Translations under genes and position numbers: made by a program
The notes under the pieces: model-generated
Database searches by the model: none
What the model was told of the DNA's origin: nothing
Seen by the model: only the letters and a program-made list of their open reading frames with translations
Part shown: positions 47,075-57,289 of the stretch, piece by piece
Position numbering within the stretch: position 1 is the first letter of the stretch
Layout: every line of letters starts with the position of its first letter
Source: an uncultured Gammaproteobacteria bacterium
Lineage (GTDB): Bacteria > Patescibacteriota > Microgenomatia > Levybacterales > UBA12049
Length of the DNA stretch: 64,000 nucleotides
Direction: 5' to 3'
NCBI GenBank assembly: GCA_964637955.1
Contig: CAZWXQ010000001.1
Coordinates: 118,993-182,992, forward strand

Positions 47075-48667
47075 ATGGAAAGAAAAGCAGCTCATGGTTA
47101 CACTCCGGGTTTAGATGCGCAGCTGGATTCGGACAGAGGATTCAGCGTGAATATAGAAGTAGAGTTATTAGCAAATGAAAGGCAAACGCTTTTTATGCTT
47201 GGTCAAGGCAATAGCTTAAATTTTGTATCAGGCCAGCTTGGTGTCGAGGTTGGCAATCTCAAAACAAATTTGAAAACAATGAGAAGTCGTTTAGGAGTAA
47301 ATACAAATCTTGGAGCTTTGAGAATGGCGATGCAGCAGAGAATTTTAAGTGCTCAAGAGATTTTGCCTGATGATTATACCGATGATAATTTTAGATATTT
47401 AACCCCTGAACAATTAGATGCTCTGAATAATTATTACGATAATCATGATCTGAAAAGCGATGAGGAGATTGCGGCTAAACTAGGTTTATCTGCGGAGGAT
47501 TTTCTTCAAGATCTTTATAGAGGTTTTGGTGTAATTAATGCAAAGACTATTTTAAACGCTGCAGTCATGATTCAAGCTCAAAGAGATAGATTAATTCCTG
47601 CATCTGATCCTGTTTCTGAGAATGAAGAAATTGGTCAGCTAAGCCCCGATTCACCTCGAGTTAGAGAAGTAAAAAGATCGATTAGCCCTAGAGAGCTTGA
47701 GGTATTTACACTTAAGGCAAAAGGATTAATAAATAAGGAAATAGCTGCATCGATGGGTGTCTCTGAGCAAACAGTTAAGAATCATGCAGCTTCTGCATTT
47801 GTTAAGCTAGGTGTTCAGTCCTCAGGGGAAGCGATAAGGCAAATTATTGGTATTGGGCTTATAGATATATCTGAATTATTGCCAGCAGAATTTGATCCTT
47901 CTGTGATGGGAGAAGTGTCAGATAAAGAAGCTGAGATTATAAAACATTTAGGGACTTCTGGGGATTCAAATGTCGCTATCGCTTTGAGGGTTGGCTCGAA
48001 TGAGAACACTGTTGGAAGTCGAATTTCAAAATCCATGAAAAAAACAGGCACTGTCAGTCGAGAGCAAATTATGGTTTTTTATCTCGGTGCAAAAAAGATA
48101 AAAGAAGAACAGGCTGTAGAGATGGGGGTAGATCCTGAATCCGTAGATCCTTTTGACTGGAGAAGAGAAGATCAGGAATATGAAATGCCATCATTGTCAC
48201 CCAGAGAGCTAGATGTTCTACGGGCTGTAAGTAGAGGTTTATCGAATGCTGAAATTGCAGGATTTTTGGGAAAATCTGAATATATGGTAAAGGTACAGAT
48301 GAGCTCTATTTTATATAAGTTAGATGCTAGGAATAGAGTAGTAGCAGTTAAGAAAGCAATTGATTTGAAGTTAGTTGACATAGGGGAAATTACAAGTGAT
48401 GAATTGGAACTAATTAATTCTCTTTCAAATAGGGAGAAAGAATTACTAGAATTAATAGCTTCAAGTGGACTTTCGAATAAAGAGCTTGCTCAACACTTGG
48501 GTATCTCAAAGTATACAGTTAACTGTCATATGTTGACCTTGTTGGGCAAGTTAGATGTAGCTAGTAGAGTTGAAGCAATGACTTTATGGATAAAAGCAAA
48601 TAGAATAATCGATTCGACTTCTGAAGCTGAACAAGATGTGGTTTATTCTTCAGAAGCAGTTATTTAG
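47075..48667 (+). CDS. Protein composed of six tandem LuxR/GerE-type HTH modules (three canonical, three degenerate)
   Basis: Repeated …SPRELEVLxLxAxGLSNKEIAxxLGxSExTVKxHxxxxxxKLxVxxRxxA… units at ~aa 30, 105, 200, 280, 370, 440. Confidence 0.6.
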   Translation: MERKAAHGYTPGLDAQLDSDRGFSVNIEVELLANERQTLFMLGQGNSLNFVSGQLGVEVGNLKTNLKTMRSRLGVNTNLGALRMAMQQRILSAQEILPDDYTDDNFRYLTPEQLDALNNYYDNHDLKSDEEIAAKLGLSAEDFLQDLYRGFGVINAKTILNAAVMIQAQRDRLIPASDPVSENEEIGQLSPDSPRVREVKRSISPRELEVFTLKAKGLINKEIAASMGVSEQTVKNHAASAFVKLGVQSSGEAIRQIIGIGLIDISELLPAEFDPSVMGEVSDKEAEIIKHLGTSGDSNVAIALRVGSNENTVGSRISKSMKKTGTVSREQIMVFYLGAKKIKEEQAVEMGVDPESVDPFDWRREDQEYEMPSLSPRELDVLRAVSRGLSNAEIAGFLGKSEYMVKVQMSSILYKLDARNRVVAVKKAIDLKLVDIGEITSDELELINSLSNREKELLELIASSGLSNKELAQHLGISKYTVNCHMLTLLGKLDVASRVEAMTLWIKANRIIDSTSEAEQDVVYSSEAVI

Positions 48668-49261
48668 CTAGTTTTCTAAGCTTTTCCAGAGAATTCTACT
48701 CGCTACAGTTCTATAAGGAGACCATTTACTGGAAATCAAAATCAACTCTTCTTTTTTGGGCTTTGGGCCCAAATTATAGATTTTTATCATTGCATTCTGA
48801 AGTCCTAAGTCTCCTGCAGAAAAGACATCGGGACGTGCGAGTGTAAACATCAAATACATTTCTGCGGTCCACTGACCTATGCCTTTAAGCTTGACTAATT
48901 CTAGGATCACTTCTTCATCTTTCATTTTGTCGAGTTTGTTAAGATTGATTTGTTTATCAACCACAGCACCCGCAATTCCTTTTATATATTTAATTTTAGA
49001 AAAAGAAATTCCACATTCTCTTATTTTCTGATCATCAAGTTTTAATATTGCTTCAGGGCTAATTTGCTCATCTTTAAAAAGTTTTTTAAATCTCTTGAAG
49101 ATAGTGTCAGAAGCCTTGATAGATAATTGCTGGGAAATAATGGATTCTGCTAAATCTAAGAAGTAGTCTTCGGATTTTCCTGGTTCATCAAGTTTGATCT
49201 TGACCGCTACAGCGTAAAGAACCGGATCCACATTTTTAAAATGTTTTAAGGCGTCTTCCAT
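48668..49261 (-). CDS. HhH-GPD base-excision DNA glycosylase (AlkA/3-methyladenine glycosylase II-like)
   Basis: …LKGIGQWTAEMYLMF…RPDVFSAGDLGLQNAM…. Confidence 0.7.
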   Translation of the reverse strand: MEDALKHFKNVDPVLYAVAVKIKLDEPGKSEDYFLDLAESIISQQLSIKASDTIFKRFKKLFKDEQISPEAILKLDDQKIRECGISFSKIKYIKGIAGAVVDKQINLNKLDKMKDEEVILELVKLKGIGQWTAEMYLMFTLARPDVFSAGDLGLQNAMIKIYNLGPKPKKEELILISSKWSPYRTVASRILWKSLEN

Positions 49262-49350
49262 AAGTAAGTTATTATATCACTTAGCCTCGCAAGGCCAGGC
49301 CTTGCGAGGCTAAAGCTGGTTGACTTAAATGGTGATTTTATATATAATTC

Positions 49351-49866
49351 GTGCCTATGACAGTTAAAGCAGAGATTTTAACGCCTCAATTTGATTCTTA
49401 TGTCGGAGATTTTAATAGATTTCCAGGTAGATCAGTGAGGCTTCATTCAGAGCCAAAAAATCATTTGGTGTATTGGTTGGATTACGAGGATGAAGATCAA
49501 AGAAGAAAGTTTGAAGTTCCAAATAAATTTGATGTAATCTCTTCCAGATCAAGTTGGGGAGATCCGGAAGCTGATGTTAATTCAGTTTCTGGACGCGCAA
49601 CTGAAGTGATTATTGTCAGTGGAAATGAATTGTCTCTTCAAATTCAAAGGTGGTATAGAGGTGAAGCTCAAAATACTCAGCAAAGACCTTTAACTGGTGA
49701 TGGAATTAATAATGATTTACTTATAGTAAGATTTCCGTTACCAAACAATAGAGATGTACAGGCGTTATTAAGATGGGAAAGAGATACGATTACCAAAAGA
49801 TTGCAGAATGTTGCTCAGGGTGCTGTTGAAAGAGTTTTATTAGTAGGCGCTCCTGCGGCTAGATAA
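49351..49866 (+). CDS. Hypothetical protein (171 aa)
   Basis: ORF. Confidence 0.35.
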   Translation: MPMTVKAEILTPQFDSYVGDFNRFPGRSVRLHSEPKNHLVYWLDYEDEDQRRKFEVPNKFDVISSRSSWGDPEADVNSVSGRATEVIIVSGNELSLQIQRWYRGEAQNTQQRPLTGDGINNDLLIVRFPLPNNRDVQALLRWERDTITKRLQNVAQGAVERVLLVGAPAAR

Positions 49867-49868
49867 AT

Positions 49869-51161
49869 TTATTTTTCGATTAATTTATAACCCCGTGTTT
49901 TTACTGTCACGATTTCATAATTTTTCTTTTGACTATTCATTTTTGCTCTAAGTCTAGCGATAAGTCTATCTATTGCCCAGTCTGTAACTCCAATTTCTTC
50001 AGCTTCTGGCCATACTGCTTCGATTATCGCTTCTCTTTCGCAGATTTCATTTTTGTTTGCTTCCAAGAAATTTAATAGTAAAAGTTCTTTTTTGCTCAGT
50101 TCTGAAGCATTCTTTTCTTTTTTCCTTTCTTCGCTTTTTGATTTAACGAAGTGCTCAAATATTGGATTAAATATCTTGTTTGTTTTTTGTTCAAAAAATC
50201 CTGTATTTATAAGATAATCTGCATTTTTAATTTCTTCAGCGATAAGTTTTTCCCGACCTGCTACCTTTATGAGTATTTCCTGCTCTTTTGGACTTAGGCT
50301 TTCCCAAAGTTCTTCTGACTGGAGAGAAATTCTCTCATCATTTTTTAGAAAATCAAAAAGTTCCGTTTCGTCTATGGGTTTTGATTGTTCTCCGATTGCA
50401 ATCAATGCAAATAGTAGATATTGAGTATGACCATCCACATATTTAAGAAGCTCCTGAGTAAGCCCAGGTTTTAGACTAAGATGGCTTTCATTTACACTTG
50501 ATTCAAAAATTATTTTAGTATCCTGTTTTTCTGCCGGTTTTATATAGTGGTTATCTGCGAATACAGAAACTGATTGCTTGGTAAACACTTCAGGGACCAG
50601 ATAATCTAGAGTTCTGTCACTAGTAAAAACATAAGAAAGTTTTCTGTGAGTCGCGTCGATGAGGCCTTGGAAATTGGCAAAAAAGTCATGAGTAGTAGCA
50701 TCTTTTATTCGGTCAAATCTGAGGAAGAAGATTGTCGGTAGATAACCTTTTTCAGTAATAAAGACCAGACTTTTTCTAAGATTCTCTATAGTTAAAAATA
50801 AGTCCTGAGATTGGATAGAATCTAAGAAATATTCTTCAACTTGTTTTTGAATTTCCAGTGGAAGATTTGAATTTTCAACACTGTCAGAAATTCTTTTAAA
50901 AGTAAGAACCCAAAATGGGTAAATTTCTCGTTCTACCAGATCATTTAAATCAACAGGGATAAAGAAATGCTTTTCTGACTTGAGATATTTTTCATTTATT
51001 CCGGGATGGTATAAAAAGTAGCGCAGGAAATTACTTATTCCTACTCTTTTCATTCCAGTAAGAACTACATTTCGCCTATTATTAATCGCGCTTGCGAGCT
51101 TTTTTGTTTCGTCTTTTCTGAAATCAAAAGGATAATTTACTTCAATAACATGAGAATTCAT
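49869..51161 (-). CDS. Transcriptional regulator: N-terminal NTPase-like domain + C-terminal OmpR/PhoB-type winged-helix DNA-binding domain
   Basis: C-terminus …EREAIIEAVWPEAEEIGVTDWAIDRLIARLRAKM…VKTRGYKLIE matches Trans_reg_C. Confidence 0.5.
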   Translation of the reverse strand: MNSHVIEVNYPFDFRKDETKKLASAINNRRNVVLTGMKRVGISNFLRYFLYHPGINEKYLKSEKHFFIPVDLNDLVEREIYPFWVLTFKRISDSVENSNLPLEIQKQVEEYFLDSIQSQDLFLTIENLRKSLVFITEKGYLPTIFFLRFDRIKDATTHDFFANFQGLIDATHRKLSYVFTSDRTLDYLVPEVFTKQSVSVFADNHYIKPAEKQDTKIIFESSVNESHLSLKPGLTQELLKYVDGHTQYLLFALIAIGEQSKPIDETELFDFLKNDERISLQSEELWESLSPKEQEILIKVAGREKLIAEEIKNADYLINTGFFEQKTNKIFNPIFEHFVKSKSEERKKEKNASELSKKELLLLNFLEANKNEICEREAIIEAVWPEAEEIGVTDWAIDRLIARLRAKMNSQKKNYEIVTVKTRGYKLIEK

Positions 51162-51439
51162 CCCGTTAGAGACAGCGAGCGTTTTAATCTGTTTTTGAGA
51201 TATCTTTTACCCATACCGGATTTGAGATATTTTTCTCGCGTCGTTGCATCCTCCTCATGCAAGCTTGCTTCATAGTATATCAATTTAAATTGACCTCTTC
51301 CTTTTGTGTATGTTGATCGATCATTTTGATGTTCATTAAAACGCTTGCGTAAATCATTAGTATATCCCGTATACCATTTATTGCTTTTCAAACTTTGTAA
51401 AACGTAAACATAATAAAAGCGGTCTCTAACGGGATTCAT
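51158..51439 (-). CDS. GIY-YIG nuclease-family small protein (UPF0213-like)
   Basis: YYVYVLQS…WYTGYTNDLRKRFNEH. Confidence 0.65.
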   Translation of the reverse strand: MNPVRDRFYYVYVLQSLKSNKWYTGYTNDLRKRFNEHQNDRSTYTKGRGQFKLIYYEASLHEEDATTREKYLKSGMGKRYLKNRLKRSLSLTG

Positions 51440-51557
51440 TCCGTAATTTTAAAGTTTTATATGCAAATAATCAAATCTGACAGGTGTCAGAAATCTGTCA
51501 GGAAAAAATTCAAACTCCGTCAAGCCTTTAATTACTTGTTGAGTTAATATATTTTTC

Positions 51558-51857
51558 ATGAAATCAGAGCGAGGAGATTTAAGAGATCATGAATCTGTAA
51601 GAATTCATATGGGAGACAGAAGAGAAGATGGTACTTACAGAATTTTAAGATTGGAAGGAAGAACTTCCAGAGGGGTAATTGACGGCGCTACTTCTAGGCG
51701 AATGGAAAAATTTGAATCTGCACAAAATGGTGGAGGAGCAACCAGTGATGCTAGTATGCATAGGTTGTCACCTGATAGTTTTTATCAGCCAGTTGAAGCA
51801 AATTTAACAGGCGGAATAATCTTTAACGGCCTTTCCGAAGGAGGACTTAAAGCTTAA
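51558..51857 (+). CDS. Hypothetical protein (99 aa)
   Basis: ORF. Confidence 0.3.
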   Translation: MKSERGDLRDHESVRIHMGDRREDGTYRILRLEGRTSRGVIDGATSRRMEKFESAQNGGGATSDASMHRLSPDSFYQPVEANLTGGIIFNGLSEGGLKA

Positions 51858-51860
51858 TTT

Positions 51861-53120
51861 ATGGCTCAGTCTGAAGCTCTTCAAGTTACACAAGATGTTG
51901 GTTTTGATGCCTCAGTGGCAAGAGATTTTTTTACCCATGACTTATCTCCAGCTTTACCAACTTTACAAGGAGAAACTTTGATAGATGCAGCTATAATGGA
52001 TACATATATGTCAAGTGATGAAATCAGGGAATCAGAAATTAATATTCCAGTTGAAGATTTAGCCGATCATTACGCTGAAGTTGTAGTTGGTCCTGCTGCT
52101 GTTGCAGGCTTAATAACAATGCTTGAGGGTTATCAGGGAAGAGAAAGTATTACTCCTGATGAGATAGCAGTTTTAAAAATTCAAATAGATAATGTCGCTA
52201 AAAGGGCTGCGGAAAGTGGATTTAGAATGGAGGGAATTGGGGGTAAAAGAAGAGCGAATGTTAAGACATCCGTAGATGGTTTTGAAGGACAGAAAGAAGG
52301 AAGAAAAAATAAAGATGAAGCCGTAGAGCATTTGGATGGTGAACATGCTCCAGAAAAAGAGGAAGAAGGAATACCGACTGTAAATGTAAGTTCCTTTATG
52401 GATGTAGTTGAGGGAACAAAATTTCTCGCTAATAGAAGAAAAAGAGCTATTTCTGTTCTTGCAGGAATTGAGGGTGGTAAAATTCAAAAACCTCCAAGCG
52501 AGGATGATTGGCATTATACTGATATTTTTGCAGCGGGCACCAGAATGAAAGATATATTAACTCCTGAAATGACATTCGATGAAAAAATAGATGCCATGAT
52601 TACTGCATATGGTAAGCAAGATTCTCCATGGGAGGTAGAAATGAGAATTCTTGGAGGTGAAAAGAGAAAAAGAAATCATGATTATATTGAAAGAGCGAAG
52701 GCAAAAGGGATTACGGTACTCGAGCTTGAAGATGGAGATTGCGCACCTATGCTTGAAGCACTTCTTTCAGATAGGCCAATTTTCTCTGCAGGAAGCGGTG
52801 GAAAGGAAGAGGTTAGAATTGCGGCAGTAGCTGCATATATGGCTAGAGCTTTTTGGAACGGAGAAAATATTCGAGTCGACAAAGATAATAATGTTATAGC
52901 TAGGGAAGGAAGAGTCTTTGCAGATTCAGATATAGTAACAGGAGATAGAGATAGAGCATTTATTGTGGCAGCGGGAATAACAGGCGAAGATTTTCTTGGT
53001 TTAAAACCGATTGAGCTGCAAGCTTCTGATGATGGCGCTGGAGATGTATGGAAAGTGCATTTATTTAAAGCTACTAGTAATTCAAATAGACATGATGATT
53101 TAAGTGTAGCTTCTATTTAA
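51861..53120 (+). CDS. Divergent GlpX-like (class II fructose-1,6-bisphosphatase superfamily) protein
   Basis: C-terminal third resembles GlpX (…ITVLELEDGDCA…SAGSGGKEEVRIAAVAAYMA…IVTGDRDRAFIVAAGITGEDFLGL… vs GlpX …VRVFAIPDGDVA…GIGGAPEGVVSA…IVTGADRERDLFFCATGITKGELL…). Confidence 0.4.
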   Translation: MAQSEALQVTQDVGFDASVARDFFTHDLSPALPTLQGETLIDAAIMDTYMSSDEIRESEINIPVEDLADHYAEVVVGPAAVAGLITMLEGYQGRESITPDEIAVLKIQIDNVAKRAAESGFRMEGIGGKRRANVKTSVDGFEGQKEGRKNKDEAVEHLDGEHAPEKEEEGIPTVNVSSFMDVVEGTKFLANRRKRAISVLAGIEGGKIQKPPSEDDWHYTDIFAAGTRMKDILTPEMTFDEKIDAMITAYGKQDSPWEVEMRILGGEKRKRNHDYIERAKAKGITVLELEDGDCAPMLEALLSDRPIFSAGSGGKEEVRIAAVAAYMARAFWNGENIRVDKDNNVIAREGRVFADSDIVTGDRDRAFIVAAGITGEDFLGLKPIELQASDDGAGDVWKVHLFKATSNSNRHDDLSVASI

Positions 53121-53162
53121 CCTTCCTTGTAGTCTTCTGATTCAATGCTATAATAGTAAAAT

Positions 53163-55253
53163 ATGGCTAAGCGTGGTCGTTACGGTAAACGCGGAAAATT
53201 TAAGTTTAAGCTTAAATCTAAAACAATCTACAACATTTTTGGAATAGGCTCTATTGGATTTGGAGTTCTAATATTTCTTTCTTTCATAGCAAACGGTCCT
53301 TCTATGGAATTTCTCAATACCTGGATCAGGCAGTATTTTGGTTGGCTATCATTTTTCTTGCCTTTAGTATTTATTCTATTTGGTTTTCTATTTTTTAAGT
53401 CAAAGCTTGCTTTATCTAAGCCAAATGTATTTGCAGGGTTTGCGATACTTTATTTCTCAGCAGTTATAATGTTTCGCTCTGGTTATATCGGACAAATGAT
53501 GTTCGCAAACATAGCTGAGGTAGTTACTCCGGTTGGAACATTTCTGGTTTTCTTAACAGGTGTTTTCATCGGACTAATTATTCTTTTTGATACTTCAGTT
53601 GATGAAATTCTTAAGGGATTGTCCGTAACCAAGAAAACTGGCGGAAAGCTTCTTCCCGTAAATGCTTTAAAGAAAAAACCTGACGCTCTTTCTGGGAAGC
53701 CAATGACTATAAAAGGTGATGTTCAAATAAATAAAGGACCTGCGATTGTCTCAAATACAGTTAAGAAAGATGAAAATATGATTTCAGAAAAGCTTGTTAG
53801 CAACACATTATCATCAGGACTTATATGGGAATATCCTCCGCTTGATCTTCTTTCTGATGATGAGGGAGGAAAAGCTGATCGTGGAGACGTAAAAGCGACA
53901 GCTGCAAAAATTGAAGAAACACTTCAGAGTTTTGGCATTATAGCAAAAGTTGTTGAGGTAAATCTCGGACCTGCCGTTACTCAGTACGCTTTAGAAATCG
54001 CACTTGGAACTAAAGTTTCAAAAATTACTTCCCTGGCAAATGACCTTGCATTAAATACGCAGGCTCCTACTGGTCAGATCCGTATTGAGGCTCCAATTCC
54101 TGGAAGAAATCTTGTAGGTATTGAAATACCGAATAAAAGCTTACAGATGGTTACTCTTCGAACCATGCTTTCAAGTGAGGTTATGCGAAAAAATAAATCT
54201 AAGCTTGCTGTTTCAATGGGACTTGATGTTAGTGGAAATCCTGTAATTGCAGATATCGGCAAAATGCCTCATGTTCTTGTAGCAGGAACCACAGGTTCTG
54301 GAAAATCAGTTTTGGTTAACTCATTCATCAATTCGATATTGTTTAGAGCTTCTCCTGAAGAGGTAAAGTTAATCATGGTCGATCCAAAACGCGTTGAGTT
54401 AACTGGTTATAATGGAATTCCTCATCTAATGGTGCCTGTTATTGTGGAAGTGGAGAAAATTCTCTCAGCGCTCAAGTGGGCAACAAATGAGATGGATCGC
54501 AGATATAAGACTTTTGCTGAACGTGGAGTAAGAAATATTGATGGTTATAACGAGCTTGCCGGATTTCAGGCTCTTCCATATATTGTAATCTTTATTGACG
54601 AGTTAGCTGATCTTATGATGTTTGCGCCTGTGGAGGTGGAAGACACGATTGCTAGATTAGCTCAAATGGCTCGTGCGACAGGAATTCATTTGGTAATAGC
54701 GACTCAAAGACCATCTGTGGATGTTATTACAGGTTTAATTAAAGCAAATGTTCCAGCTAGAATCGCATTCAACGTGTCCAGTATGATTGACTCACGTGTT
54801 ATTATAGACGGACCAGGTGCTGAGAAGCTACTTGGTCGAGGAGACATGCTTTATACTCCGCCGGACATGGCAAAGCCAACTCGTATTCAGGGAGCTTACG
54901 TTTCTGATAAAGAAGTAAAAGCATTAGTTTCCTATCTTAAAGAAAAATCACCAGCAGTAGAATATACAGAGGAAATTCTTGCTACTCCATATACGCCTAA
55001 AGGATCCGGTGGCGGTGGAGGCGGAGGTGATTCTAAGGATCCAGTTTTTGCAGAAGCTGTAAGAGTTATTTGTGAATACGATAAAGCGTCAGCATCACTT
55101 TTACAGAGAAGGCTTTCTATTGGCTACTCAAGAGCTGCTAGGATACTAGATCAACTTGAGGAGCAGGGAATTGTGGGAAGAGCAGAAGGAAGTAAACCAA
55201 GAGACGTTCTTATCAAGGATCCATCGCAGATTTTAGGCGAGCAATCTGAGTAA
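53163..55253 (+). CDS. ftsK: FtsK/SpoIIIE DNA translocase (4 N-terminal TM helices, motor domain, gamma wHTH)
   Basis: Walker A GTTGSGKSV, …LLQRRLSIGYSRAARILDQLE… gamma domain. Confidence 0.88.
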   Translation: MAKRGRYGKRGKFKFKLKSKTIYNIFGIGSIGFGVLIFLSFIANGPSMEFLNTWIRQYFGWLSFFLPLVFILFGFLFFKSKLALSKPNVFAGFAILYFSAVIMFRSGYIGQMMFANIAEVVTPVGTFLVFLTGVFIGLIILFDTSVDEILKGLSVTKKTGGKLLPVNALKKKPDALSGKPMTIKGDVQINKGPAIVSNTVKKDENMISEKLVSNTLSSGLIWEYPPLDLLSDDEGGKADRGDVKATAAKIEETLQSFGIIAKVVEVNLGPAVTQYALEIALGTKVSKITSLANDLALNTQAPTGQIRIEAPIPGRNLVGIEIPNKSLQMVTLRTMLSSEVMRKNKSKLAVSMGLDVSGNPVIADIGKMPHVLVAGTTGSGKSVLVNSFINSILFRASPEEVKLIMVDPKRVELTGYNGIPHLMVPVIVEVEKILSALKWATNEMDRRYKTFAERGVRNIDGYNELAGFQALPYIVIFIDELADLMMFAPVEVEDTIARLAQMARATGIHLVIATQRPSVDVITGLIKANVPARIAFNVSSMIDSRVIIDGPGAEKLLGRGDMLYTPPDMAKPTRIQGAYVSDKEVKALVSYLKEKSPAVEYTEEILATPYTPKGSGGGGGGGDSKDPVFAEAVRVICEYDKASASLLQRRLSIGYSRAARILDQLEEQGIVGRAEGSKPRDVLIKDPSQILGEQSE

Positions 55254-55282
55254 TTATTTATTATTATTTATGGGAGTAAAAT

Positions 55283-55921
55283 ATGAAAACAATAGGTCAA
55301 GAATTTGCTGAAGAAAGAAAAATACAAGGTAAAACAATTGAAGAGGTTTCAAAAGCCACAAAGATAAAGGAAGAGTTTTTAAGAGCAATTGAAAAAGGAG
55401 ACTTTAAAGCACTACCATCCCCAACTTACTCTTATGGTTTTGTAAGAAATTATGCCAAGTATTTGGGTCTTCCGGTTGAGAAAAGCTTGGCAATTTACAG
55501 GCGCGAGTATGATGTAAAGAAGAATGTAGAGGTTTTACCAAAGGGTTTTTCAAATCCAAAAGAATACACGCCGCCCAAATTTAGACTTGGTCGTTCAATA
55601 GCAGTACTTAGTGTATTTTTTGTTTTAATTGCAGGGTTTTTGGTTTTTCAGTATAGAGCTGCAGTATTTAATCCAGGTCTTAGCATAGATTCTCCGAAAG
55701 AAAATGAAACGTTAAAATCGTTAGTTGTTGATGTTCGAGGTAAGACTGATTCTGCTTCAACCCTTCAAATAGATGGCAAGGAAGTTCCCGTTAATTCTGA
55801 TGGGACATTTGCGAAAAAAATTACTGTTTTTCCAGGTGAAAGTGTAATTTCTTTTAGAGTAGAAAATAAGTTTGGAAGAATCACTACGGTTGAGCGAAAA
55901 GTTGTTATAAGATCGAACTAG
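55283..55921 (+). CDS. RodZ-like protein (XRE-type HTH, TM helix, C-terminal DUF4115-like domain)
   Basis: Architecture and N-terminal HTH_25-like motif. Confidence 0.55.
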   Translation: MKTIGQEFAEERKIQGKTIEEVSKATKIKEEFLRAIEKGDFKALPSPTYSYGFVRNYAKYLGLPVEKSLAIYRREYDVKKNVEVLPKGFSNPKEYTPPKFRLGRSIAVLSVFFVLIAGFLVFQYRAAVFNPGLSIDSPKENETLKSLVVDVRGKTDSASTLQIDGKEVPVNSDGTFAKKITVFPGESVISFRVENKFGRITTVERKVVIRSN

Positions 55922-56048
55922 ATTTATATACTTTGCTAATATTGACTGCTCGGTCACTATAGTATAGATTAATAATACGATTGTTGTTTGATGAGCTTGG
56001 TTTGTTAAGGATAAAAATATCCTTCGATACGCTCAGGATAACATTGCG

Positions 56049-56333
56049 ATGTTTATGTACGATCCTGCCCAAATACTACTATTTATCGTAATTATTGTTC
56101 TAACAATATTTCTAGTGATTTTAGGAATTCAAGTTTCTCTCATACTTAAAGATCTTCGAAAAACCATAGCTAAAACCAATAAAATTCTTGATGATACGCA
56201 AGAAATGACAACTGCAGTAAAGGATCCTGTCGTGGGCTTATCAGGAGCAATCATGGGTATAAAAACCGGAAGTACTCTTCTTAGCATAATGAATAGATTT
56301 ACTTCAAAGGAGGAAAAGCATCATGGGAAATAA
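56049..56333 (+). CDS. DUF948-like small membrane protein
   Basis: N-terminal TM + coiled-coil; pairs with YtxH-like gene. Confidence 0.4.
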   Translation: MFMYDPAQILLFIVIIVLTIFLVILGIQVSLILKDLRKTIAKTNKILDDTQEMTTAVKDPVVGLSGAIMGIKTGSTLLSIMNRFTSKEEKHHGK

Positions 56334-56670
56334 TAACGGAAGATTTTCTGATGGGTTTTTGATGGGGGCAATCATTGGTGGAGCGGCTGTGTTTTTGCTT
56401 GGAACTGAAAAAGGGAATAAAGTTCTAAAGCTAATGCTAGAAGAAGGTCGAGCAGGGTTTTCGGAGCTTATGGATGAAATCGATGAGTATAAAGGTAAAG
56501 CCCAAGACATCATGGAATTAGTTGAAGATGAAGAAGTAGATGACATTGATGAGGCGATCGAAGGTGAAGGGTCTACAGAACAGACTTCTGAAGCTCCAAA
56601 AAAAGCAGATAGTTCACATGAGTCTAAAAATGGCTCATCTTCCAAAAGATTCTTTAAAAAGGGTAAGTAA
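56323..56670 (+). CDS. YtxH-like protein
   Basis: …GFLMGAIIGGAAVFLLGTEKG… typical YtxH N-terminus. Confidence 0.5.
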   Translation: MGNNNGRFSDGFLMGAIIGGAAVFLLGTEKGNKVLKLMLEEGRAGFSELMDEIDEYKGKAQDIMELVEDEEVDDIDEAIEGEGSTEQTSEAPKKADSSHESKNGSSSKRFFKKGK

Positions 56671-56678
56671 ATTACTAA

Positions 56679-57212
56679 TTAAGATTGTTTTCTTTTGATG
56701 AATGATTCAAGTACTTCGTCTGCGACTTTTAGCATTTGTTCCTTTGGAGCGATATATGGGTCATAATTTTCTTCATTAACTATACTTTCAACTTCCTTAG
56801 GATCTTTCAGTAAAGCTTGAGTAATTACTTGAACGGGATTTCCATTTGAATCAGTCGCCAGAGCTTTAACATCTTCTTGCATGCCAAAGTCAACCAACTC
56901 CCAATTTTTCACCTTTTCAAATTCTTCTTCAGTAAGATCCCAAATAGTTCCATAAGTAACTGCACCTACCTTTTGTCTAGAAGTATAAAGTTTGAAATTT
57001 TCTCCGAATCCGGCTTTTATAATCGCTCTTGGAGATCTGTCAAAAGGATGAATGATTTCGTCTCTAATTTGATTTATGTCTTGAATGCATAGCTCATATC
57101 CCAGTAGCTTTCCAGGTACACCTTTAAGATTATTGTTGCCCACCATATGAGCCATCATGTCCAAATCTTTATTTGTTCCGAATCCGAAATATTTAATAAT
57201 TTTAATTGCCAT
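56679..57212 (-). CDS. Gamma-glutamyl cyclotransferase (AIG2/GGCT)-like protein
   Basis: N-terminal YFGFGTN motif (YGSN-type). Confidence 0.4.
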   Translation of the reverse strand: MAIKIIKYFGFGTNKDLDMMAHMVGNNNLKGVPGKLLGYELCIQDINQIRDEIIHPFDRSPRAIIKAGFGENFKLYTSRQKVGAVTYGTIWDLTEEEFEKVKNWELVDFGMQEDVKALATDSNGNPVQVITQALLKDPKEVESIVNEENYDPYIAPKEQMLKVADEVLESFIKRKQS

Positions 57213-57289
57213 GCATAAATATAGAGTAGGTTAATTAATTTTTAATTGCAATATTTGCTTACAAAATATTTTAATGATACGATTTTTTT

